DNA from: Balanoglossus misakiensis
Taxonomy: Eukaryota; Animalia; Hemichordata
Length of the DNA: 64,000 nt
Direction: 5' to 3'
NCBI GenBank assembly: GCA_040954595.2
Contig: CM082580.2
Span: 7,852,390 to 7,916,389 of the forward strand
In this document: positions 40,601 to 51,694 of the stretch, in pieces
Numbering within the stretch: the first letter of the stretch is position 1
Layout of the letters: each line of letters starts with the position of its first letter
Translations under genes and position numbers: made by a program
The notes under the pieces: generated by a model
The model's database searches: none
Told to the model about the DNA's origin: nothing
What the model saw: only the letters and a program-made list of their open reading frames with translations

Positions 40601-43600
40601 TGATGTTCGATCAGATACTCCAATCCTGTGCGATTCGAAATGATCAAAGTCAGAAATCCAACACTGCAGAAGATTGACCACTTGGATGGTCCATCAAAGA
40701 ACGGGTGTAGCATGAGCAAAAACCAAGAGAGCAACCAATACTTGCGTGTCAGTCAGACGCAACGACCGTCCCGTGACAACATTTTGAGACTGCTGTAGGT
40801 TGTGCCAATGAGTTGTGCTGACCAAGTGCCTGGCCACCTGAAGCCATCGATGGCTATAGCTGCTATACATACCTAACACAGCATCTGTTATCTCCGATAA
40901 CTTGGCCATCAGTCTGGCCGCTCTCTTTGGCTTCTTCTTTGGGTTCTTGATGATCGGTCCTGCGAAACAGCCAGAAGGTCACCATCAATATTCATACATG
41001 ACATTTGAAATTGAAATTGCTTTGCATGTCTTGTTTCCATGACACATCATCAGCAGTCACTAAAGAGTAGACTGGTTCTGATATTTCAACAGTTTGATGC
41101 ACTCTCCTATTAAAGGAAAGTTGCTAACTTTTGACCACAGTTCTGTCTTTTGAATGTTCTTTACTGTTTTTGTCATTCAGATCATTCAATTCACATCCTA
41201 TACATGGGTATAACATAAGAAAATGTTTGCAATACACCATGTATAATTTTTGGACTGACAAAAGGTCTTTTTTTGGCACCGATAGAAGTGCCCACAACAA
41301 TAAATGTGGGCCCTCGAGGCTTCATTTCTGAATGAAAGTGTTTCAGATTTAACACAAGTGACAAAATGCGACACTTGTCCGAAAACATGAAAATCAAACA
41401 TACAATTTGGGGTCGAAGATCTGGTAAAACATGATGTAGTAAATCTGCAGGTTGATCATCACAATAATGTATCAACTTGGCAAATTTGCAACAACCATTT
41501 GCAACATATTTTCAACAGTTACAGTGTTCTCCCCAGGCTCCAAATGTTTGAAATTTTACTTCAAACAGAAGTTTGGAAGAGGATCGAATTAACAGATTTA
41601 ATTGTGCCTAAAATACAGAATTCATCATTCGCATTGATTTTCTATGCAAATGTCGTTAATTACTATTATCTATGACTTGGCAAAGCACCAAGAATGGTTC
41701 CTCTGGTCATGTGATTAAATCTGGGGAGAACACATTTCGACACGTACTACGCATCTCTGAACTTTATACTTATCTGTCATTCGGTAAAAAATACGTAATG
41801 TCCGTATGAGACCTGGGAATTTTCTAGCAACTGTAGAATATTCATAGTCTCCAAGGTGACATCGGGCCTATGCTGAGCACATCGCAGTAAGCCCTATAAT
41901 CCCACTGTGATTACAGGAGATTCCGAACCATACCATTCCCCAGTTTCCTTATACATGTACTCTGGTACAGTTCCCAAATCATGTGAAATGGGACATGTCC
42001 AGTGAACGTGACAAGGAAACGTGTTGGGGTGTGTGTGTGATCAGGCTTCAGGGACAAGATTTCAACTGAATCAAATCTTGTCTTTTACTCACCACCAAAT
42101 TTGGCGTTTGCCATGTTCTACAACGAAAAGAAAGTCAACAGTACTGGTTAGTTGAGTTTCACAGAGATCTCGACATAAGATCATATGCAGTCTATTCAAG
42201 CGACCCCAGTCTTCAATTTCAGTTCTTACTCCCTTGACTACATGAGAATATCTCTGTATACAAGTTTTCCTGATTCTGGATATGCTGTGAAATAGGCCTT
42301 ATTCCTGAATGGTGCACAAGACCTCGGGCATCTGATCCTGTTGCGTATTTCGTCCAACATAGTGGACGAACAATCACAAGAAATCCTATGACACCACTGT
42401 AGGATCTTGTGCACCTTTTAGGAAATAAGGCTTAGTAATCACAGTTAGCACATCCAGTAGGACATTGGTAGACTGGGAGTAACTGTATAGTCAAGGTATT
42501 GAACTGTTGAAGACTGGTACATGTAGATCATATGTGAAGCAAGTACAGTTTTATATTATAGCGATTCATTTGCAGCAATGTATCCTTATACTATTTAATA
42601 ATGTTCTCTGGAACATCATTAATCAAGTTGAGTTTTGGCTGCGTTCACCATAGACCCTACAGAAGGGGCTATGATTATACAAGCCATACAGATGATTGAA
42701 AGATGAATCAGGATTCGCAATGGTTTGAGAATTTATGCATAGTCCAACCATTATCGTTAGCAAATCAACAACTTTTCTGTGCATAGCACTAATATCATCC
42801 ATACAGGTAATTCAGAATGCAGTAAGCTTCAAACAAAAAAGGTTTATTCATGTATGACTTTTTTTTGCAACTACAAATCAAGCAAAGAGTGCCTTCCACA
42901 ACGCTGTGACAGACACCATTCTTACCTTCCTGTGCCTTGCTCCGTTCAAATGTTGCTGGTAGATCACTTCTCCAGGACATTTGGCTTTACACAACTAGGG
43001 TAACAAAATCACAGCAGCGGACAAAGATGATTACAAAGACATTTGTAAGACGAAATCAACTGCATGCAACTCACTATTATGTTAGATCTCCACAAGACAT
43101 ACAAATGTAACGCATGTAACTACATCACACCGTTGTTCTACATCATAAGATAGTATACTCACTTCACAGAAATATTCTTGGGCTTTAGGTTTTTCCTTTT
43201 TAGGTTCACTCTCTATTAGTATTACCTCGGCAGTAGCAGCAGCATTGCCAATTTCTCCAGTCTCCAAAGATACCGCCCCAGTTTGGTCAGGGTTACTCGG
43301 TTCTCCCAAGAGCTGAGAATATGTCAAGTTTGAATAAAAATCATATCCTTATAGATTTGCCATGAGATGATAGCATCGTTGATGACAACAGACACGTATG
43401 TCTATTTTTAGGACATGTACCAGGCTATCGCAGCCCAATACATAACCAGTGTTTCATCAAGTACCCCCTAGAAATTTGTCAAGGGGGGCAGTGCCCCCCC
43501 CCCCGCCCCCCATACATGTATATTCCTGCTAAGGGGGACATATATTATATCCCCCTGGAAACGCAGCTGTACCGTGAGGGGTGGGGATATGTGCTCATTC

Positions 43601-43916
43601 CCATGTGAGGGAATCAGTACATCCCCACCCCTCAGCCTCATCATAATACTCCCCCCCCGTTGTCACAGTCGCTTTACAAGGCGATCGCCCAAGCGACAGT
43701 AGGCGCACTCGTCATCGTTTCACAAGCTATAATTCATTTAGAATCAGAGCTACGAACCTCGTCCTCATCAAACCTCATCGTAGGATGCACCGCCGCAGAT
43801 CCGAGAATCTGAACATCCTGAACCTGTTCCGGTGGCTGGGGATGATGGAGCAGGACCGGTGTCTCCTTCACAACGGTGTCTGGTATTGCGTCTTCTTGCA
43901 GGAGAGAATCGCTCAT
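37692..43916 (-). CDS. Uncharacterised nucleic-acid-binding protein with two matrin/U1-type C2H2 zinc fingers and RGG/Pro-rich low-complexity regions
   Basis: Exons 43916(or 43967)-43758, 43312-43163, 42994-42926, 42117-42093 (25-nt microexon), ~40960-40873, ~40626-40485, ~40222-40007, ~39884-39633, ~39470-39173, ~38921-38708, ~38522-38441, ~38260-38115, ~37827-37692. ZnF1 is YFCELCKAKC..YQQHLNGARHRK. ZnF2 is GLEYLIEH..YICDLCEAKC..YHITGTKHRMAYL. There is an RGG-rich exon and a C-terminal helix EDDAAMALQVSNALTQSLLNYRL. Confidence 0.8.
41522..41733. mobile_element. ~210-bp MITE with 13-bp terminal inverted repeats (hAT-like CAGTG end)
   Basis: GTGTTCTCCCCAG (41524-41536) and CTGGGGAGAACAC (41721-41733) are perfect inverted repeats flanking non-coding AT-rich DNA. 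Confidence 0.55.
42183..42534 (-). other. Long imperfect intronic inverted repeat (predicted multi-bulge RNA hairpin)
   Basis: Nested complementary blocks on the + strand: CCAGTCTTCAA/TTGAAGACTGG, CAGTTC/GAACTG, CCTTGACTA/TAGTCAAGG, CTGGAT.TGCT/AGCA.ATCCAG, GCCTTATT/AATAAGGC, GGTGCACAAGA/TCTTGTGCACC, and apex TTCGTCCA-acatag-TGGACGAA. Confidence 0.8.
43575..43634. other. 60-nt near-perfect hairpin in intron 1 of the zinc-finger gene
   Basis: TGAGGGGTGGGGAT pairs perfectly with ATCCCCACCCCTCA, and GTGCTCATTCCC pairs with GGGAATCAGTAC with two mismatches, closing a 6-nt loop. Confidence 0.75.
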
Positions 43917-44298
43917 ATTGCCGTCGCCAAAAGCGGTTTTATCGCCCGTTGAGAAATTTGTGTACATGATGTCGTCCGACAGTGTGGGTCACACTTGATA
44001 ATTCCACGAAAAAGGAGAGCTTTTGCGACAGACACTGTGAGCTACGCACAGCTGACACACACACAAAAGCTTGGATTTGCATATAATTAGAATAATAGAT
44101 ATATTTACATCTTTATTTTCGCGAAAAACTCCATTATGGTTCATTACATTCAACAAAAACTACACAGCTGACGTGATATTTACCTAGAAACTTTCATCGT
44201 TCAAATAATTACGCGACAAATTATTATAGTAAAATAATTTCTTACTAAAGATGTACATTTTATTCAATACCAGAGCTAAACAGCGGAGGAGTAAGTGC

Positions 44299-44371
44299 GC
44301 CTCGTTAGCGCAGTAGGCAGCGCGTCAGTCTCATAATCTGAAGGTCGTGAGTTCGATCCTCACACGGGGCA
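44299..44371 (+). tRNA. tRNA-Met (CAT), elongator type
   Basis: GCCTCGTTAGCGCAGTAGGCAGCGCGTCAGTCTCATAATCTGAAGGTCGTGAGTTCGATCCTCACACGGGGCA forms a 73-nt cloverleaf with CAT anticodon and GTTCGA T-loop (elongator, not initiator). Oligo-T Pol III terminator lies immediately downstream. Confidence 0.97.
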
Positions 44372-45263
44372 CTTTGTTTTATTTTTTTTTCACCAGACTT
44401 TTCACATTTTGTACCACCAGTAATGGTCGGACACGTTTCTTTTCCATTTTTCACTATTTTTTTTCCAGTTTTCTCTAATCAACGCCATTGCATATAACTG
44501 GCAAAATACAGAAATCAAAGATTTTTGGTTTACATATGATTTTTCTCATCCTGATACCTTCTGTCGCCGCTTTTTCACAGCCAAGTGTGTCAAAAGACAA
44601 TCCAATGATGCACAAGGAAAACGCAATGTCAACTGTGCTTGATTTTTGAAAGAGCAAATGGGATATTACCATCAAAGAAAACAATAGCAAGGGTAGTCGA
44701 AGAAAAGAGCCTACTCGGAAAACAGATAATATTTTTGGTCGAAAAGCAATATTTTTATATTTGAATAGATAAAGGTTACATGACACACAACTGATGAACC
44801 AAGACATACAAAATTTATCTTAAATTTTTTGTCAGAATTCCATCAAGTCTTATACATGTACAGTCTAAATCATTAGTCTATACTTAAAAATCGTGATTAT
44901 ATAATTTTGGCAATTTAGAGAATTCACATCTGATGACATCAAAACAAAGTTGCTTGCTGTCAATGAAAACAACATAGTATAAAATTAATCAAAAAATACC
45001 AATGAAAACGTGGCAGTATACAATATACAAAAGACCAAAAACTATGGCAGTAATCTAAAGAAATCACATTCAAAATTCAAATTTTCTTGGGTTGATATTT
45101 CAAAGAACAGATATTGAACAGGTCAATGTCTCTATCAAGCAAAAATGAAACATGATTGAACACCAAAATATCATCCACGCTGATCAAAAAACATACACTA
45201 GCCTGGTCATAAATAAAAACTACTTGTATAAATATCCCATATGTCCAACGTGCAGATTCTACT

Positions 45264-48200
45264 CTAGTGGTTTCCACCAAGTTCTTTATGGAGATATTGC
45301 ATCCAGTCTGCTAAGCTGGGATTAGACCCTGGTGGCTAAAAAAGAAAATGAAAAGATAATTACTTCAGATGAAAATGCATTGTTCAAATATCGGCATTGT
45401 TACATGTAAACATGGAGGCCATACATTCAAAGCCGTGCAAAATCCCTGGAGTTTTGGTGTGCGATTTTACATCAACAACCCCCCTTTGGGTAACTTATCT
45501 CTCCCATTTTGACACCTGTTTTATTCTAAACATGGTTTGTCACCTTCAGCGATTCTAGCGAAGCATCCTTTCCTATCCCAGTCACATTTTTCAGCGTTAC
45601 ACTGCCCATGGTAGGATAGCCTCTATCAATGGCAAGGGTGCACACAATGTGGCCATCATCTGCCAACATCAGCCGAACGATATTTTCATCGTCAATCCAA
45701 TCGATGGCATATCTGGTGAGACAGAGTAACTCATCATTAATTTCAAAGCTTGATTGATGAGTACATGATACCAGTAGTAACCAAGGAAACAGTTGTGTGA
45801 CTTTGGCTCCTTATATTCTAAGCTTTTCAGTGGTTTTTCACTAACTTCCAGGATTACACTGTGCTGTGCTTGGTTTTTACATCACTCTCCTTAATTTTGC
45901 AGTGTAAAAAAATTCATCAACATTTTATTCATCTGCCAGTGAATATTATTCCTTGTATCATGGATGACCTGATGCTTACTTTTGTCTTAGTTCCTCTATT
46001 TCTCCAAGAATGGGTGCATGGCAATCGTAACGCTTCATTATTTCATTCAGCACGAAACAGACATCATTAGTCTCTTTAGCAAGCTGGACTACATCCTCAA
46101 TCAACAAAGTGTCAATGTTAACCTAAGAAAGAAAATAATAATAAAGTATTTACAGTTGCTATTGGAAACATACTGGTAGTACTATCTGACCTATAATTGA
46201 AAATTCCCCCAAAAACATCCACGCAAGAAAAAAAATCATCTCTCAATTTCTTAGACGAGACAAGAAAGGACAAATGAACAAAATCACCTTAACATCATCA
46301 ATGACAAGGTTGCTGTTTGGCCCATCTCTGTAGAAGATCTGAACCAGTAATGTGCTACAGCTCTTTGTCAGGGGCAAAATTTCCAAGGAAACACATTTTC
46401 CTTCTATCTTGGGATTTGTAATTCTTCCGGAAAAACTGAGCAGATTGTAAATTCCCTCACACCTGTAACATTAGCAGACAAGTAGATGGACAGTTCAGCA
46501 AAATGTTTCCTAGGCAATTTTTGACTACCCTGAAAATTAACATAATGCCGGAAAAGATGAGACAGGTGATATTATTGGCCAAGAGCTTTTGAGACGGGTG
46601 ATATTATTGGCCACAAGTCCTTGAGACGGGTGATATTATTGGCCACCAGCCTTTACTACATCGCTTCTCCAATTCAATGGATATCTTTACCATTTTATTG
46701 TCTCTGAAATCTCCTCACGTTTTCCCTGTTTTTCTTGCTGTACTTTCTTCAATGCTAGCCTGGCATCTTCCACTCTCTGCTTGATAGCCTCGTTCTCCGA
46801 TTTCAGATTCTCGATTTGTACTTTGAGGCTAGTCATGGCGCTTTCACACTGTGATATAGCCTGATTGGCTGCATCAAGCTGTTTTCTCTGAAATCAAATA
46901 AAAATCCATATTCTCAAAATAGGAAAGAAACAAGCATGACACATGTATACTGTTCTGTGAAGATTTACAAAAAAGATTTAAAAGTCATAAAAAAGGACAA
47001 ATTACTTTTGTCCCTTTAATTCAATGTACACACCTGGGTTTCAACTGCCACGTCAATATTTTCTGGTGATATTCCACTGTTCTTGTTGTCGCCATAAATT
47101 TGTTCATACTTCGCTTTGAGCTCTTGAAATCTGGCTTTCTGTAAAAACATTGTTTTAAAAAAAAAAAAAGTACAATGAATTTTAGTTATCGTCTACCTTT
47201 AAATGATGGCCTTTTGGAAAACTATCAAATATAAACAATAATGTATGGAAAGACACTTGGGAAGCAGTCCAAACACTTGCATTTAAAAATTTGGAAACAT
47301 GAGGTTGACAAAATTTTTTTTTCCAATGCTGACAATCATCCAGACTGTTCTGGTCACACAGTCAACATTTTACCTTTTCCTTAATCTGTACTAACTTCTC
47401 TTCTAACTGTGCCAGTCTTTCTTCCAGCTGTTCTTGAGCTGTGATGAATAAAAACAAAATATTCAGACAGTAGAAATGGATCTGGGTGGTACACTTGCAG
47501 GCAATTTATGCTTCACAGGTGCTTTGTCAAATTCAATCTGTCTTCATATCATGGCCTACCTAACTGTGCAGTTTCAGGTAGTTCTTCCAACTCTTCAGTT
47601 GTGGTGGTGATGCTATCTTTAACACCTTCAAATTTACTCTTATTGGTTTTGATTTCTTGATCTGCAACAAAGAAGAAAATTGGACATGATCAGTTTGTTA
47701 TATGCAAATATGCACATAAATTATGCCTGCTGGCTAGTAAATCTTATAGGGTTGATCTGATATCACATCCCCTCCCCCAAATGAAAATGAACCCGTCAAG
47801 CCCACATATTAGGAATGTTTGCAACACTTACCTATTGCTGTTGGAGATGGCCAGTCATTCTCTTTGGTGTTCGATTCAATCACATCCCAAAATTTTGCTT
47901 TACTCTGCAGTTGTTTGAATCTGATATTCAGTTTGCGAAATTCACTCTGTCAGAATAAAAAAGTTTTGACATCGTGAGTAAAACTTTGCCTCTCATTCCA
48001 GTTTGTTGATATTTGGTTTGACTTTAAGGTTTCTGTTGATAATAGCAAACCCTTATGTCTTACCTTTGATTGTAACAGCTCTGTCTTCAAAATGACATCA
48101 TCTGGAGACAAGCAAGCTTTGCTTTCCAACAGAACAGACTTCTCTTTATTCAGCTCCTCCAAGACTCTGTGTACCCAAAATACAGATCCATGGAAGGTAT

Positions 48201-48537
48201 GTGTTTGTATGCAGACTCGAAGGGACTGATTTGTTGGGATGCAACCTTATTTACTGGCTGAATCAAGCGATCATTCGATGCCATCATCAGTGTGATTCCT
48301 GCATGCGCCTGTGAATGTCATCACTCAGATCAGTGTCAACATTACAATGAAAGCTGGGATAACGATCGGACAAAAACAAGCCTTTATACAATTCACTGTT
48401 GATCATTGATGTGTCACTCCAATCTATAACACGCCGTCCATTAAAACATTCGACTCCAAAGATCATCAGATTTTGTTACTGCAGTGACAAACATACCTTT
48501 GTTTTTCTTCAAGACCGTCGGTGCAGAAGTCAGCCAT
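45264..48537 (-). CDS. 428-aa coiled-coil protein with C-terminal RWD-like domain(s); candidate Zwint-1/Sos7-family kinetochore protein
   Basis: Eleven GT-AG exons with consistent phases: 48537-48497, 48166-48064, 47946-47832, 47661-47560, 47438-47374, 47138-47034, 46887-46691, 46462-46288, 46122-45980, 45712-45544, 45335-45264 (1287 nt). A long heptad-rich N-half is followed by EIEELRQKYAIDW..VCTLAIDRGYPTMGSVTL..PSLADWMQYL (RWD-type YP motif). The gene model is solid; the family call is tentative. Confidence 0.65.
46558..46653. repeat. Three-copy 32-bp minisatellite in an intron
   Basis: TGAGACRGGTGATATTATTGGCCA plus 8 variable nt, starting at 46558, 46590 and 46622. Confidence 0.9.
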
Positions 48538-49051
48538 TTTCAAAATACCCGCCCGGACTCTCCAAGTTGCTGGATTTTCATTATTAACCCCTTAAGCCAG
48601 TGAATTTAAAACGGTGGCGCTATTTACTGGTGCCACAGTACATATTGGGGCATGGACAAACTTGCGAATATCATTTGATAGCAAAGAATGTCAGGGAACA
48701 AAAACTGAGACAGAAACAATAATGAAAGATCTGTTTACTAGTACTTTTAATGAGAAAAAGACAACTGCAACTTTGAAGAGAAAAAAAACACTTCAAACTT
48801 CCCAACAAACTGACAATTTCTTGTCAGTGTGAATTGTTACGCAGACACAAGACTTCCCAGAATATTTTATATAAAACGTCACAGTAAAGCTGTTTCCTAG
48901 ATGAATTATATTCTACCTATAAAAAGAATACTTTTCCCCAGGGTGACTGACTATATTAACATTAATATAAAACTGATCTAAGTAAATTGGCACAAATCCA
49001 GGAAGTCCTTCCATGGGAAGAAGCTATCAAAGGGATTCCTGTTCTGACATT

Positions 49052-51222
49052 CTAAACGTCTGGTGGCTTCACGTTGTATTCTTCATCTGTTTCAATGCCA
49101 ATGTCCTCCTGTTATAGATATTAAAAAAATACAATGTACTTTATACAAGTCACAGACATGATGTGAACTTACGGATGAACTTAAGGGACATAACTTAGGG
49201 AAGCTCATTCTTTTTGCGAAATGTCATTTCATCTTAAGCTTGCTCTTTCGACCTCGCTATTAATGTTCAACACCAATCCCCTGTCGATACCATATTTGCA
49301 TGAACTGGTGTGACTTTTATCCATCTGGAATCAACAGTGTGTCATCGCTATGTAGATAATTGAACTCAGAGGTTCGGAATGTAAGCGTGCAAGTACAATA
49401 CTTACAAATAACATTTTCTTGGTCTTTGGGTAACCCTCTAGAATTGCATTTGTGATGTCAGTTGCCTGGAGAAGAAATATAGAATATACAAAATTAATGG
49501 AAACATATAATTTTGGAGAGTGGTTTCATGATTACTTCTGAAACACATGATTAATCACAGTCAGTTCTGTCTTTAGCAAAATCCATCCCTTAATCAAACC
49601 TGTTGGTTTTGAAACGTTGACAAATAACATTCACAGTATATTACTTACCATTCTTTTACGCTTCCGCCATTCTTTGACGTATATTTTGTGATCTTTGTAA
49701 ATTTTATCTTTCTCTTCCGGAGACACGTGGTTATCGGCTGACTTCAATTTTGTAATCCTCTCTTGAAACTGTTTGCACTGAAGTAAAAGAGTAAAATACC
49801 AGAGTAGAATAGACAATATCATATGTAGCATCAATCGATTCAGCTGTTCTAAACTGCATACTAACCACTTTCTAACCACTGATCTGAACACAAACTCAAA
49901 ATAAACTCACAATCCCTCAAAGTCGGGCTATGCTTACCTCCTTCGAAACCTGTGCAAGCTTAGTTTTTGCATCTTCTGTTGTCATGGCACTGTTCAAGGC
50001 TTGCAGCTCTGAAAAGGATGGCAGTCCAGTTCACATTAATTAGTTATAGTATAGGGTGGGGTTGGATATGCATGCAAGGCAATGCAAATGAAAAGATCTA
50101 AACTTGTCTCAATTATCGCCAAGACTACCAAACACTCACTGAAGCTGTTGCCTAGTCTTGTTGGATTGTAAAAGAACTTCATGCATAGAGATATCAAAAT
50201 GCTATGCTTAACAAATTTATATCACTATGTATCATATGGTCTCTGCAACAATTTTATGTTTTTGTGTACTGCTGTGCACGTACTTACCGCTTTCATATTT
50301 CTTGCACTCCGACTGTGACTGTTGAAGTTTCTCATTCAGCTGTCTGATCTTGTCTTCCATGCATTTCAGTTCCTTTTCATCAACACTTGGAAACTGGCTC
50401 TGTAAGAAATGAATTACAGGAAATTAGACAATGGCAAATGAACCACAATAAAATATGTCTGAACAGACATCAGCATGAGAATTTTTGTTAAATACATGTA
50501 CAGTACAAGCAACAATCTCACCTGATCTGCAGCATACACCTTTTGTTTACCATACACTTTCTCCTTTATTTTCCGTTCTTTTGCCAGATCTTCTAAAACT
50601 CGAACAACAGCCTGTCAATACAACCACGCATACAAATGTTCCAGTGAGTTTTAAAGAATCACTTCGGTAATTATGAAAGTGTGCCATCATCTTGCTTGAG
50701 ACACACTTCTACTGTTAATTTTTTTTCAAGTGCACAAGATTCTAAGCAAGTGTTTTGCTCACCGTTTTCCCATATTCTTTATGGAGGTTACTGAAAATAT
50801 CCACAGCACTGTATGGTCTGTTCTGTGTGTTCAAATAATTCAAAACTGCCTTTGCAGCTGAAACCGAACAAGTTAGAGTGTTAAGAATAAAAAGGTCCTC
50901 CCGCCATGAATGAATGAATGAATGAATGAATGAATGAATGAATGAATGAATGAATGAATGAATGAATGAAAATTAATTTTGATATGTGTGTTCAGAATGT
51001 TACTGTTTCACACTCTTACCACAATGAACTGAGTAAACATATAAAACTAATCTGTCGAGTGTCGTCGTCGCGTCGGTTAGCATGGCAACGACACATAGCC
51101 ACAGACGCACAACCATCGCACAGTGTACAAATAACCGTGACATCATGCAGTGGCTCAGTGAGTGTCACGTCGTCACCTATGTACATGTACAGCTTACCTC
51201 CAGTGTCCTTCGATTTGCTCAT
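49052..51222 (-). CDS. PSMC3IP: Homologous-pairing protein 2 (HOP2/TBPIP)
   Basis: Approximate exons 51222-51198, 50857-50764, 50612-50523, 50400-50288, 50008-49938, 49777-49649, 49465-49406, 49108-49052. Motifs: VLNYLNTQNRPYSAVDIFSNL, KEKVYGKQKVY..DQSQF, KEWRKRKRMATDITNAILEGYPK, EDIGIETDEEYNV. Confidence 0.95.
50906..50970. repeat. (ATGA)n microsatellite in PSMC3IP intron 1
   Basis: About 16 perfect tetranucleotide units. Confidence 0.95.
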
Positions 51223-51694
51223 TATTTCCCCGGATTTTTCGATCACAATTACGATTCTCGCAATATTTCACGGAGCCCCGTGATTCACTGTTTACATCAG
51301 ACACCAGCCATCTTGAAACTCCCCGCCATTTGAAGATTGACATAAGAGGTGAATCTTGATTGGTCAGTATAATTGACTGTCTAAGTGTTGCCGCCTCCGA
51401 TTGGCCAAAATTGTTCTACCCACAATACATTCATCACACATTTCATCATCGGCAACCAGATGCAGAAACTTCCGGATTCATCATCAAATCCATGATATGG
51501 TATGTCATGATCACACTTGTGTATGTTTTGTAGTTTTCCTACAGAGTGCGACAAGATCCTTGGCTTTCTAGAGAATCGATTGGGTGATTTTGCCATTCTT
51601 CATTGATAAGTTGCTACGGAAACTGGGTGACCGTGTCGTGTGCTGACAGTTGAGTTTCAGTCAGTAATATTACATGTAGACATCAATCATAATC
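51223..51694. promoter_or_regulatory. Bidirectional promoter region of PSMC3IP and SMARCAL1
   Basis: The start codons are 472 nt apart head to head. CCCCGCCATTTGAA at 51321-51334 (E2F/CDE-like plus CHR TTTGAA); inverted CCAAT boxes near 51359 and 51400. Confidence 0.6.

Noticed and set aside
46558-46653. CRISPR-like repeat-spacer appearance
   Set aside because: Only three units, 8-nt spacers that resemble each other, no cas genes, and it lies in a eukaryotic intron.
45264-48537. Calling the coiled-coil/RWD gene SPC25 or SPC24
   Set aside because: At 428 aa it is about twice their usual length and lacks their recognisable motifs, so no symbol was assigned.
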